Shown here piece by piece: positions 46,362 through 55,007 of a DNA stretch of 64,000 bases (the first letter of the stretch is position 1; each line of letters opens with the position of its first letter). A program made the translations under genes and the position numbers. The notes beneath the pieces are model-generated. The model did no database searches. It was not told the origin of the DNA and worked only from the letters and a program-made list of their open reading frames with translations. This DNA comes from Terriglobales bacterium (lineage in GTDB: Bacteria > Acidobacteriota > Terriglobia > Terriglobales > Acidobacteriaceae). The stretch is taken from NCBI GenBank assembly GCA_036521955.1, contig DATDGS010000068.1, positions 118 through 64,117 on the forward strand, written 5' to 3'.

Positions 46362-49169
46362 TTGCCTGTCAAAAAGAAATCGCCGCCGCAAGTGGTTGCC
46401 GCGCCCCGGCCGCTACCCCCTTCCGCCGCCCATAGTAAGGACAAAGGCCGGATTTTCCTGATTGATACGATGTCGTTCATCTTTCGCGCGTATCACGCGA
46501 TGACGCGGCAGCGTCCGATGTCGACCAAAACGGGAGTCCCGACCGCGGCGACCTATGTTTTCGTCAACATGCTGCGGAAATTGCGGGACGACTTTTCGCC
46601 CGAGTATCTGGCGGCGGTGTTCGATGTAGGAGCACCGACGATCCGAAATCAGCAGGCGGAAGCGATTACCACGATCCGCAAGTTCGACATCAAGACACAG
46701 ACGTTCAAGGAAGCGGAGTATGGCGGCTACAAGGCGAATCGCGCCGAGATGCCTCCAGACCTGGCGCAACAGATTCCATACATTCGGCGGGCGCTGGAGG
46801 GATATCGCATCCCGATTTTGCAGCTCGAAGGTTACGAAGCCGACGATGTGATCGGAACCCTGGCACGGAAGGCGGCGGCCGAATCGTATCCGGTCTTCGT
46901 CGTGTCGAGCGACAAAGACATGCTGCAGTTGGTGAACGACAACGTGCAGGTGCTCAATCCGCCGAAGGACAACCTGATTTGCGATGCGGCGAAGGTTGAG
47001 GAAATTCTCGGGGTGCCACCGTCGAAGGTGGTGGATGTGATGGCGCTGCGCGGTGATTCCGTGGACAACATTCCCGGAGCGCCCGGCATCGGCGATAAGG
47101 GGTCTGTGGAACTTATCCAGCGTTTTGGAAGTGTGGAACAGGCGCTGGAACATGCAGCCGAGGTGGAGAAAAAAACGTATCGGGAATCGCTGCAAAACAA
47201 TCGCGACAATATTCTGTACAGCAAGCAACTGGTGACGATTGATTGTGACGTGGCGGTCGAACTGGACGTTGCCGCGATGAAAGTGGGCGAGCCGGATGTT
47301 GAATCTCTTCGTGCGCTGTTTGCCGAGCTTGATTTTACTTCTTTGTTAAAGGAACTGCTTCCCGTAGTTGAAGTGAAAGAGGGCGACTACCGCGAAATAA
47401 AGTCGGAGGCTGAATTCGAGGAGTACTTGAGAGCCTTGGGCCAGAGCGCGCCGCTCGCTCTGGCGATTCCGACCGAGCACACAGAGAGTGTCGAAGAGGA
47501 AGAAGAGCCTGAGCCGGCACAGTCGGGGTTTCTGGCCTTGCAGCCGGCGGATGCCGAAGATCAGGGTGCCGGAGGTATCAAGCGCATAGCAGTTTCGAGT
47601 GCGCCGGGGGCCGGGGCGATGCTCGTGCTGGAAGACAAGGCGCTCGCCCAACGAGTGAAAAGCGTGCTCGAAGATGCCGCTGTCCCGAAAACCGTTCACG
47701 ATCTCAAGGCAGCGCTCCACCATTTCTCCGAGCGTTTCTCCGGCGAGGCAATTGCGTTGGCCGGAGTGCAGCATGATCCGATGCTGTATTCCTACCTGCT
47801 CGACCCGACCTATTCGTCGCATTCGTTGCCCGAAGTTGTGCTGCGGAGATTCAATTTGAAGCTGAGCGGCAACCTGGCGGAAGGGGCGGATGTAACGGGC
47901 AGGCTGGCGAGCGCGCTTCGAAAAGAAGTCGACGAGCAGGGATTGACTTCCGTCTATGAGGATATCGACGCGCCGCTGGTGCCGGTGTTGGCGCGCATGG
48001 AAGACGCGGGAGTGAAGATTGATCCGGCGGTGCTGGGTCAGATGTCGGTGAAGTTGCAGCGCGAGGCCGAAGCCAAGGCGCGGGATATTTATGAGCGTTG
48101 CGGCCTCGAGTTCAATATCAACTCGCCAAAGCAACTGGGCGATGTTCTGTTCAATAAGCTGGCGCTCCCCATGCCGTCGAAATACGGGAAAGGGAAAAAG
48201 ATTTCGACCGCGGTGGATGTGCTGGAAGGCCTGGCCGCGGATCACGAAGTTCCAAGGTTGGTGTTGGAGTACCGGCAACTGACGAAGTTAAGGTCCACAT
48301 ATGTGGATGCATTGCCCGCGCTCATTCGCAGCCAGAGCGGCCGGGTGCATACGACGTTTGGGCAGACTGGAACAGCGACCGGGAGGCTGTCGTCGACGAA
48401 TCCAAACCTGCAGAATATTCCGATTCGCACCGAGCTAGGACGTGAGATTCGTGCGGCGTTCATTGCCGAGCCCGGGCACGTGCTGCTGGCTGCGGACTAT
48501 TCGCAGATCGAACTGCGACTGCTGGCGCACTTTTCGAAAGACAAGCTGCTGGTCGAGGCGTTTCGGCGCGGAGACGACATTCACACGCTGACCGCGTCGC
48601 AGGTGTTTGGCGTACCGCCGTTGATGGTTACGCCGGACCACCGGCGGCAGGCGAAGGTGGTGAACTTCGGAATTGTGTACGGCTTGTCGGCGTTTGGGCT
48701 GTCGCAGCAATTAGGCATTGATCCGGGTGAGGCCAGAAGATTCATTGATGCTTATTTTGAAAAATACGCGGGAGTGCGGGCCTTCATCGATGCCACGCTC
48801 GAGCAGACGCGGCGCGACCAAAAAGTGAAGACGCTTTTCGGGCGCATTCGGCCCATCCCCGACATCAACAGCAAGAACGCAACCCAGCGTGGGTTCGCCG
48901 AGCGCACGGCGGTGAACACTCCGCTGCAGGGAACAGCCGCCGACCTCATCAAGCTAGCCATGATCCGCATTGATGAGGAAATTCGAAAGCGCGGGTTGAA
49001 CTCGCGGATGACTTTGCAGGTGCATGATGAACTTGTGTTCGAGGTACCCGAGAGCGAAGTGGAGGCTATGAAGCCGCTGGTGCGGGAGCACATGGAGAAT
49101 GCGCATTCGCTAGCGGTTCCGCTGCTTGTGGAAATCGGCGTCGGACCAAACTGGCGGGACATGGAGTAG
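46362..49169 (+). CDS. polA: DNA polymerase I
   Basis: 5'-nuclease region GRIFLIDTMSFIFRAYHA; polymerase motifs DYSQIELR and QVHDELVFE. The start is uncertain (TTG 46362 or GTG 46392). The first in-frame ATG (46470) would cut a conserved segment, and the track start 46251 runs through a dispersed repeat. Confidence 0.93.
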   Translation: MPVKKKSPPQVVAAPRPLPPSAAHSKDKGRIFLIDTMSFIFRAYHAMTRQRPMSTKTGVPTAATYVFVNMLRKLRDDFSPEYLAAVFDVGAPTIRNQQAEAITTIRKFDIKTQTFKEAEYGGYKANRAEMPPDLAQQIPYIRRALEGYRIPILQLEGYEADDVIGTLARKAAAESYPVFVVSSDKDMLQLVNDNVQVLNPPKDNLICDAAKVEEILGVPPSKVVDVMALRGDSVDNIPGAPGIGDKGSVELIQRFGSVEQALEHAAEVEKKTYRESLQNNRDNILYSKQLVTIDCDVAVELDVAAMKVGEPDVESLRALFAELDFTSLLKELLPVVEVKEGDYREIKSEAEFEEYLRALGQSAPLALAIPTEHTESVEEEEEPEPAQSGFLALQPADAEDQGAGGIKRIAVSSAPGAGAMLVLEDKALAQRVKSVLEDAAVPKTVHDLKAALHHFSERFSGEAIALAGVQHDPMLYSYLLDPTYSSHSLPEVVLRRFNLKLSGNLAEGADVTGRLASALRKEVDEQGLTSVYEDIDAPLVPVLARMEDAGVKIDPAVLGQMSVKLQREAEAKARDIYERCGLEFNINSPKQLGDVLFNKLALPMPSKYGKGKKISTAVDVLEGLAADHEVPRLVLEYRQLTKLRSTYVDALPALIRSQSGRVHTTFGQTGTATGRLSSTNPNLQNIPIRTELGREIRAAFIAEPGHVLLAADYSQIELRLLAHFSKDKLLVEAFRRGDDIHTLTASQVFGVPPLMVTPDHRRQAKVVNFGIVYGLSAFGLSQQLGIDPGEARRFIDAYFEKYAGVRAFIDATLEQTRRDQKVKTLFGRIRPIPDINSKNATQRGFAERTAVNTPLQGTAADLIKLAMIRIDEEIRKRGLNSRMTLQVHDELVFEVPESEVEAMKPLVREHMENAHSLAVPLLVEIGVGPNWRDME

Positions 49170-49358
49170 CGAACACTTCCGGAATTGGTACCCGACGCCG
49201 AAAAAAAACTATTTCAGCGTGTCTGACCGAGCGTTTCCGTTATACTCGGTGCAACGATCCTCGTTAGCGCCGCATTCGTCGTTTTTCCAGCCGCTTGGGT
49301 CCAGCCGCATGGCCGGATTTGCGATCTGAGATTTTGCGATCCTGCGGAGGCTTGTCTA

Positions 49359-50240
49359 ATGAGTGCAGTTCCATCGCCCGTGTCGGACGAAACGCCACAG
49401 CGCGTTTTTACCCGGCATCCGATCAACGTGCCCATGGACTTGATCGCGTTGCGATTCGGTGTCCCCGAAAATTTACCTGGACGCTGCACCGATCTCAGCG
49501 AAGCCGGTGTCGGCGCGGTTGTGGCCGGAGAACTGGCCGCGGGCCAAGAAGTAGCGGTCGAACTGCGACTGCCGCACGTCGGCGTGCCAGTTCGGGCGCG
49601 TGCGCTGGTTCGTTATCAGACGCGTCTCCATTGTGGGCTTGAGTTTGTAGGCCTGTCGGTAGAGCAGCGGGAGATGATCCGTTATTGGGCGTATCGCCCC
49701 GCTGCACAGCCGTTGGATTTCAAAGACTTCAAGAAAGATTTCAAAAAAGAAGAACAAGAACAAGAACAACGAACAGCAAAGACGGAAGCCCCCGTGGTCG
49801 CCGCGCAACTGGGTGCGCCCAGGCGCAGGATTCGCTTCGGGCGACGCGGATCTTATGTGCTGATCGCGTGTGTGCTGTCGCTGGCGGGTCTGGGGTGGTG
49901 GCAGTGGCAGAGGTCCTGGAACGATCTGGAAGCGCACGCGTCGGTTGCGGAGTCGGGGTTGCGAGTCTCTCCTGAGACCATGGAGAAGCGGATTGTGACG
50001 AAAGTGGAACCGGTTTATCCGGAGGCCGCGCGGATGGCGGGGACCGAAGGGACGGTCGTGCTCGATGCCGTGATTGGGCCGGATGGCAGCGTGAAGCGCT
50101 TGCGCCCTCTGTCCGGGCCCGGTCTGCTCGTGCACTCGGCGACCGAGGCCGTGCAGTCCTGGAAATTTGAACCCTACCTGTCCAGCGGCGAGGCAGTTGA
50201 GGTTGACACCACGATTGCGGTCGAGTTCCGGCTGCATTGA
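49359..50240 (+). CDS. PilZ domain - single TM - TonB C-terminal domain fusion protein
   Basis: RxxxR (R15-VFT-R19) and DxSxxG (D45-LSEAG). TM YVLIACVLSLAGLGWWQW. C-terminus VEPVYPEAARMAGTEGTVVLDAVIGPDGSV..WKFEP. GGAGG 8 nt upstream of the ATG. Confidence 0.8.
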   Translation: MSAVPSPVSDETPQRVFTRHPINVPMDLIALRFGVPENLPGRCTDLSEAGVGAVVAGELAAGQEVAVELRLPHVGVPVRARALVRYQTRLHCGLEFVGLSVEQREMIRYWAYRPAAQPLDFKDFKKDFKKEEQEQEQRTAKTEAPVVAAQLGAPRRRIRFGRRGSYVLIACVLSLAGLGWWQWQRSWNDLEAHASVAESGLRVSPETMEKRIVTKVEPVYPEAARMAGTEGTVVLDAVIGPDGSVKRLRPLSGPGLLVHSATEAVQSWKFEPYLSSGEAVEVDTTIAVEFRLH

Positions 50241-50247
50241 GGCTGCG

Positions 50248-50814
50248 CTACTCGAATTTTTCAGCCCGTTCGAAAGGCACGCCACGCTGGTCTTTTGCTG
50301 AGACAATCGCGAGCCCAACCGAGGAAAGGGACGGTTCGCCGTCAAGTTGCCAAGTGATGTTCAACGCCGGATCATTCCACGTCACTGTGCGTTCGTGCTC
50401 CGGCGCATAGAAGTCCGTGGTCTTGTACATAACGTGGGCGGTCTGGGAAACCACTCGGAAGCCGTGAGCAAATCCGCGCGGAATCCATAGAATGTGTTTG
50501 TTTTCGCCGGAAAGTCTGAAGGATTCCCATTTCCCGAAGGTGGGAGAAGAGCGGCGCAGATCGAGCGCAACGTCAATAATCTCACCGGTGATGACGCGCA
50601 CCAGCTTTCCCTGGGGCTGCTGAATCTGGTAGTGCAACCCGCGGATGACATTCTTCTCGGAATAGGAATGATTGTCCTGTACGAATGGCCCTGGAATGCC
50701 GAGCTCGGCAAACGTGCGCTGGTTATAGCTCTCCAGAAAGAATCCGCGGCCGTCGCCAAACACACGCGGTTCGAGCACTAGAAGTCCGGGCAGTCTGGCG
50801 GTGATCTTTTTCAT
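50248..50814 (-). CDS. rfbC: dTDP-4-dehydrorhamnose 3,5-epimerase
   Basis: ..LEPRVFGDGRGFFLESYN..GLHYQ..QGKLVRV. Start placed at ATG 50814 (MKKITARLPG). Confidence 0.9.
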   Translation of the reverse strand: MKKITARLPGLLVLEPRVFGDGRGFFLESYNQRTFAELGIPGPFVQDNHSYSEKNVIRGLHYQIQQPQGKLVRVITGEIIDVALDLRRSSPTFGKWESFRLSGENKHILWIPRGFAHGFRVVSQTAHVMYKTTDFYAPEHERTVTWNDPALNITWQLDGEPSLSSVGLAIVSAKDQRGVPFERAEKFE

Positions 50815-50862
50815 CGGACGATTTTCATCAAGAAGAGCTTCATGAAAAAGAGTCTTCACCAA

Positions 50863-51762
50863 TCAGAAAACGTGTTCCCGTAGCAATTGCAACAAGTAGG
50901 CGCCGTATCCATTGCTGCGCATCGGCTGCGCCAGCGCTTCCAGTTGCGCGGCGGTAATGTAGCCTGAGCGGTAGGCGATTTCCTCCGGGCAGGCGACCAT
51001 GAGGCCTTGGCGCTTTTCGAGGGTCTGAATAAATAAAGAAGCCTCCATCAAGGCTTCGTGCGTGCCCGTGTCGAGCCAGGCCGTGCCTCGGCCCATCACA
51101 CAGACGTTGAGTTGATTGCGTTCGAGATACACGCGGTTGACGTCGGTGATTTCCAGTTCGCCGCGTTTCGAAGGCGTAAGACTCGCGGCAATTTCGACGA
51201 CCTGCCGATCGTAAAAATAAAGTCCGGTGACGGCGTAACGCGATTTCGGCTGCTTCGGTTTCTCTTCAATGCTGAGCGCCTTCCCTTGCGGATCGAACTC
51301 GACCACCCCGTAGCGCTCGGGGTCGTTGACGGGATACGCGAAAACGCGTGCGCCTTTGGGCTGGAGCGTAGCCGCGCGTAATTCTTTGACGAGGTCGTGC
51401 CCGTAGAAAATGTTGTCGCCGAGCACGAGCGCGCAACCGCTGGAGCCGATAAACTCCCTGCCGATCAGAAATGCCTGGGCGATTCCTTCAGGCTTCGGTT
51501 GCGCCACGTACTGGAACTGTACGCCGTAGCGGGATCCATTCCCAAGCAAGTGCTGAAAGCGGTGCAGATCCTCGGGCGTCGAGATCAGCAAAATTTCGCG
51601 GATACCGGCCAGCATTAGCGTTGAGAGCGGGTAATACACCATCGGTTTGTCGTACACCGGCAGCAGGCTCTTCGGAAGTACGTGGGTAACGGGATAAAGG
51701 CGCGTGCCCGATCCGCCCGCCAGAATGATGCCTTTGTAATTCGGTTGCGCGGTTTTGGTCAT
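50863..51762 (-). CDS. rfbA: glucose-1-phosphate thymidylyltransferase
   Basis: [17 protein letters not shown].. Start placed at ATG 51762. Confidence 0.93.
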   Translation of the reverse strand: MTKTAQPNYKGIILAGGSGTRLYPVTHVLPKSLLPVYDKPMVYYPLSTLMLAGIREILLISTPEDLHRFQHLLGNGSRYGVQFQYVAQPKPEGIAQAFLIGREFIGSSGCALVLGDNIFYGHDLVKELRAATLQPKGARVFAYPVNDPERYGVVEFDPQGKALSIEEKPKQPKSRYAVTGLYFYDRQVVEIAASLTPSKRGELEITDVNRVYLERNQLNVCVMGRGTAWLDTGTHEALMEASLFIQTLEKRQGLMVACPEEIAYRSGYITAAQLEALAQPMRSNGYGAYLLQLLREHVF

Positions 51763-51798
51763 GTCGAGTTTCAGTTTCAGCAGACGATGGTTCAAATG

Positions 51799-51875
51799 CG
51801 ATTTGTATCAGGGTATGCCTTCAGGCATACCGTAAGTGCGACGTTAGGAAAGCGCCTTTAGGCCCTGGCTTCGGG
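51799..51875 (+). repeat. dispersed hairpin repeat family B copy
   Basis: GATTTGTATCAGGGTATGCCTTCAGGCATACCGTAAGTGCG..AGCGCCTTTAGGCCCTGG. Confidence 0.8.
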
Positions 51876-51898
51876 TTCTGGAGTATCGCCATAAACCG

Positions 51899-52972
51899 TC
51901 AACGTTCGGTGGCGTAATTTTTCGCCATCCACTGTCGATAGCTGCCGCTGGTGACATCGCGGACCCAGTCCTCGTGTTCAAGATACCAGCAAACGGTTTT
52001 ACGGAGGCCAGTCTCAAACGTCTCCAGCGGTTGCCAGTTCAGTTCGCGTTCGATTTTACGCGTGTCCATCGCGTAGCGGCGGTCGTGGCCGGGGCGATCT
52101 TCGACGAACGTGACCAGCTTACTGTGGGGAATGGCAGGGTCGTTCGAACGCATTTCGTCGAGCAGTTGGCAAATAGCTCCGATAATTTCCAGGTTCTTTT
52201 TTTCACTGCGCCCACCGATGTTGTAAGTTTCTCCGACGCGGCCGTGGGAGAGCACGGTACGAAGGGCGCGACAATGATCCTCGACGTAGAGCCAGTCGCG
52301 AACGTTTTCGCCGTCCCCGTACACCGGGAGAGGCTTGCCGCCGCAAGCATTCAGAATCATAAGCGGAATCAGTTTTTCGGGAAACTGGTGCGGTCCGTAG
52401 TTGTTGGAACAGTTGGTGGTCAATACGGGAAGGCCATAAGTATGGTGACAGGCGCGGACAAGATGATCGGAAGCCGCTTTGGACGCGGAGTACGGGCTGT
52501 TGGGCGCGTAGGAAGTGGTCTCACTGAAGGCCGGGTCTTTGGGACCGAGCGATCCGTAGACTTCATCAGTGGAAACGTGCAGGAAACGGAACGATGCGCG
52601 ATCGGGTTCCGCAAGCTCCGACCAGTAGGCGCGTGTTTCTTCAAGCAGGTTGAATGTGCCGTTGACGTTGGTGCGCACGAAATCATCGGGGGCGTGGATA
52701 GAGCGGTCGACGTGGCTTTCGGCGGCGAAGTGAACGACGGCGCGCGGCTGTTCGCGCCGCAGCAAGTCGCGCAACAAATCGCGATCAACGATGTCCCCGT
52801 GCTCGAAGCGATAGCGCGGGTCGGTTTCGACGATACGCAGGTTGTTGAGATTGCCAGCGTAGGTCAGCTTGTCGAGATTCAGAATGCGCGCGCGTTCAGA
52901 AGCAATCCATTGGAGAACGAAATTCGAGCCAATGAAGCCGGCACCACCTGTGACGAGGATGAGATCTTCCAT
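51899..52972 (-). CDS. rfbB: dTDP-glucose 4,6-dehydratase
   Basis: [13 protein letters not shown] and [10 protein letters not shown]. Start placed at ATG 52972. Confidence 0.95.
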   Translation of the reverse strand: MEDLILVTGGAGFIGSNFVLQWIASERARILNLDKLTYAGNLNNLRIVETDPRYRFEHGDIVDRDLLRDLLRREQPRAVVHFAAESHVDRSIHAPDDFVRTNVNGTFNLLEETRAYWSELAEPDRASFRFLHVSTDEVYGSLGPKDPAFSETTSYAPNSPYSASKAASDHLVRACHHTYGLPVLTTNCSNNYGPHQFPEKLIPLMILNACGGKPLPVYGDGENVRDWLYVEDHCRALRTVLSHGRVGETYNIGGRSEKKNLEIIGAICQLLDEMRSNDPAIPHSKLVTFVEDRPGHDRRYAMDTRKIERELNWQPLETFETGLRKTVCWYLEHEDWVRDVTSGSYRQWMAKNYATER

Positions 52973-53317
52973 GGAAATGCTCGCAGCGTCCAAAGGCGCT
53001 GCGTTCCGATTCTAATCGTAATCACACCTGCACGCGAAGTCGTGTCCACGTCGTTCAGTGGCGGGTGTCCCGATCAGGCCGGCACGGTTTGGCTGGAGCA
53101 ACGCCGACGGGGTTCGAGCGCCGGGCCGCAGAAGTGCGGATTTGGATCCGATCACTCGGCATCCAGCCCAGTACGTTGCAATAGGCTGTTTCAATCCTCT
53201 ACGCGATGTCGCACGCGAGCATCGCCCCGCGGAATGGATGCCGAGCAACAACGCCTGAGCGCGGATGGAAAGGCCGACGTACAATGTTGCAATGCGCAAA
53301 GGCGAGGAGATCGCTGG

Positions 53318-53749
53318 GTGACGAGTTCCGGGTCTGAGTCCCAGTCCAATTCCGGTTCCACGTCCACGTCGAAAGTTGCGCGCCGATGGACCGTGATCGC
53401 TTCCGGCCTGCTCCTGCTGGCGCTCGCGCTGGTCGTGATCTATACCGGGCCGAATGCTTTTTATAGTCCGATTGCCTTGGTCGTCGTGGCCGCGATCGGA
53501 CTGGCAGCGTTGCTGCTCCAGGTTTGGTTTCGCCGCGATCTTCCCAGCATTCATTCTCCCCTCTGGCTTAACGTCCTCGGCATTCTCTGTGCCATGCTCA
53601 CGTTGTTCGCGGATTCCCTCCGCATGACGCGCCGCGTGCTCGACCTGGTGGCCTTCGCCGCCGTGATTTGCTTCGGCATCAGCGGATCGCTCCTCCTGCA
53701 CGCCCTGCGCCGCCGATTGAGCCCACCACAATCGACGGCGATCGAGTAG
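53318..53749 (+). CDS. hypothetical membrane protein
   Basis: GTG at 53318 after GAGGAGA. Ser-rich N-terminus, then four hydrophobic helices. The upstream part of track ORF 51974-53749 is antisense to rfbB and was rejected. Confidence 0.5.
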   Translation: MTSSGSESQSNSGSTSTSKVARRWTVIASGLLLLALALVVIYTGPNAFYSPIALVVVAAIGLAALLLQVWFRRDLPSIHSPLWLNVLGILCAMLTLFADSLRMTRRVLDLVAFAAVICFGISGSLLLHALRRRLSPPQSTAIE

Positions 53750-53804
53750 AGACGAAATAGCCATCCAATAAATTCCTGTGGGAAGGCCATCCCTCACAGC
53801 GTGC

Positions 53805-53855
53805 GGAAAAACTCGTTGTGAGGAAAAACTCACAGCGTGGAAAAACTCGTGTAGA
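53805..53855 (+). repeat. three contiguous 17-bp tandem repeats GGAAAAACTCnnnnnnn
   Basis: GGAAAAACTCGTTGTGA / GGAAAAACTCACAGCGT / GGAAAAACTCGTGTAGA. Confidence 0.85.
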
Positions 53856-53880
53856 GACGGGGCTCGCCCCGTCTTGGACC
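53851..53880 (+). repeat. dispersed repeat family E copy
   Basis: GTAGAGACGGGGCTCGCCCCGTCTTGGACC with stem GAGACGGGGC/GCCCCGTCT(T). Confidence 0.65.
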
Positions 53881-54004
53881 ACCCCGGAACACGTTCGAGC
53901 ATGAACGGTCAGTGCACGGCTTCAGAGCCTGCCCCGAGCTCAGCAGAAGGATGCCGCAAAGAACCATAAGGGTGCGGCCCTTACCGTTGGCTGAAAAACA
54001 CAAG

Positions 54005-54085
54005 TTTCGTATCAGGGCATCGCTTTAGCGATGCCGTAAGTTCTTTGAATTCAGATGCCCCTTTAGGGGCTGGGGCACTGAAGCC
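54005..54085 (+). repeat. dispersed hairpin repeat family B copy
   Basis: TTTCGTATCAGGGCATCGCTTTAGCGATGCCGTAAGTTC..GATGCCCCTTTAGGGGCTGG. Confidence 0.8.
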
Positions 54086-54139
54086 GAGTTTTCCAGCACT
54101 TTGTTTAGCCCCTGACGGCTCCGGCATTACAATGCCGCT

Positions 54140-54997
54140 ATGCGCGTCGCGTTATTCGGAGCATCCGGACTGCTCGGTCAGGAACTGGTCCGGGAACTGA
54201 AGCACGATCACCTGACCGCTCTGTCGTCCAAAGATGCCGACCTCCGAGACCGCGCCCGCGTCCGCGAAGTGATTCGCGATTCCCGTCCCGACTGGGTGAT
54301 CCTGTCCGCCGCCTACACCGACGTGGATGGCTGCGAGTCCAACCGCGACCTAGCCTTCGCGGTGAATCGCGACGGCGCCGTCAATGTGGCCAAGGCCGCG
54401 AGCGAAGCCGGATCGCGTTTGCTGTTCCTGAGCTCGGACTACGTCTTCGATGGCAGCGAACGATCGCCGTACGAAATCAGCGACGCCAGAAATCCCACCA
54501 GCGTTTATGGCGAGAGTAAAGCCCGCGCCGAGGAGCGGCTGATCGAGATTCTTCCCGAAGTCTGCATCGCCCGGACTTCGTGGCTGTTCGGCCACGGAGG
54601 CAAGTGTTTCCCCGCCACCATTCTGAAGCTGGCCTCCACCCGTCCTGAGATATCCGTAGTAAACGATCAGCGTGGCAGTCCAACCTTCACCCGCGATCTA
54701 GCGTCCGCACTCGTCGAGCTCTGCCTAGAGGATGCCCGCGGAATCGTCCACGTCACCAATTCCGGCAACTGCACCTGGTACGACTTCGCCACCGAAATCG
54801 TGCGCGCATCCCGCCTGCCGGCCAAAGTCAAACCCGTGACCACCGCCCAATTCCCCCGCCCAGCGCAACGCCCCGCCTACTCCGTTCTATCGCCCGACAG
54901 CCTGCACGCGTACAACGTCCACATGCCGGATTGGAAGGATGCGTTGCACCGCTATCTCGCGAGCGCCCCCGCTGTATCCGCCTCCGTCGTCCCGTAG
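54140..54997 (+). CDS. rfbD: dTDP-4-dehydrorhamnose reductase
   Basis: MRVALFGASGLLGQEL..; 285 aa; SDR-type fold. Confidence 0.92.
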   Translation: MRVALFGASGLLGQELVRELKHDHLTALSSKDADLRDRARVREVIRDSRPDWVILSAAYTDVDGCESNRDLAFAVNRDGAVNVAKAASEAGSRLLFLSSDYVFDGSERSPYEISDARNPTSVYGESKARAEERLIEILPEVCIARTSWLFGHGGKCFPATILKLASTRPEISVVNDQRGSPTFTRDLASALVELCLEDARGIVHVTNSGNCTWYDFATEIVRASRLPAKVKPVTTAQFPRPAQRPAYSVLSPDSLHAYNVHMPDWKDALHRYLASAPAVSASVVP

Positions 54998-55007
54998 AAA
55001 CCACGCC

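Noticed and set aside
51974-53317. N-terminal 448 codons of the 591-aa plus-strand ORF
   Set aside because: Antisense to rfbB. Only the last 143 codons (from GTG 53318, with an SD and TM helices) look like a gene.
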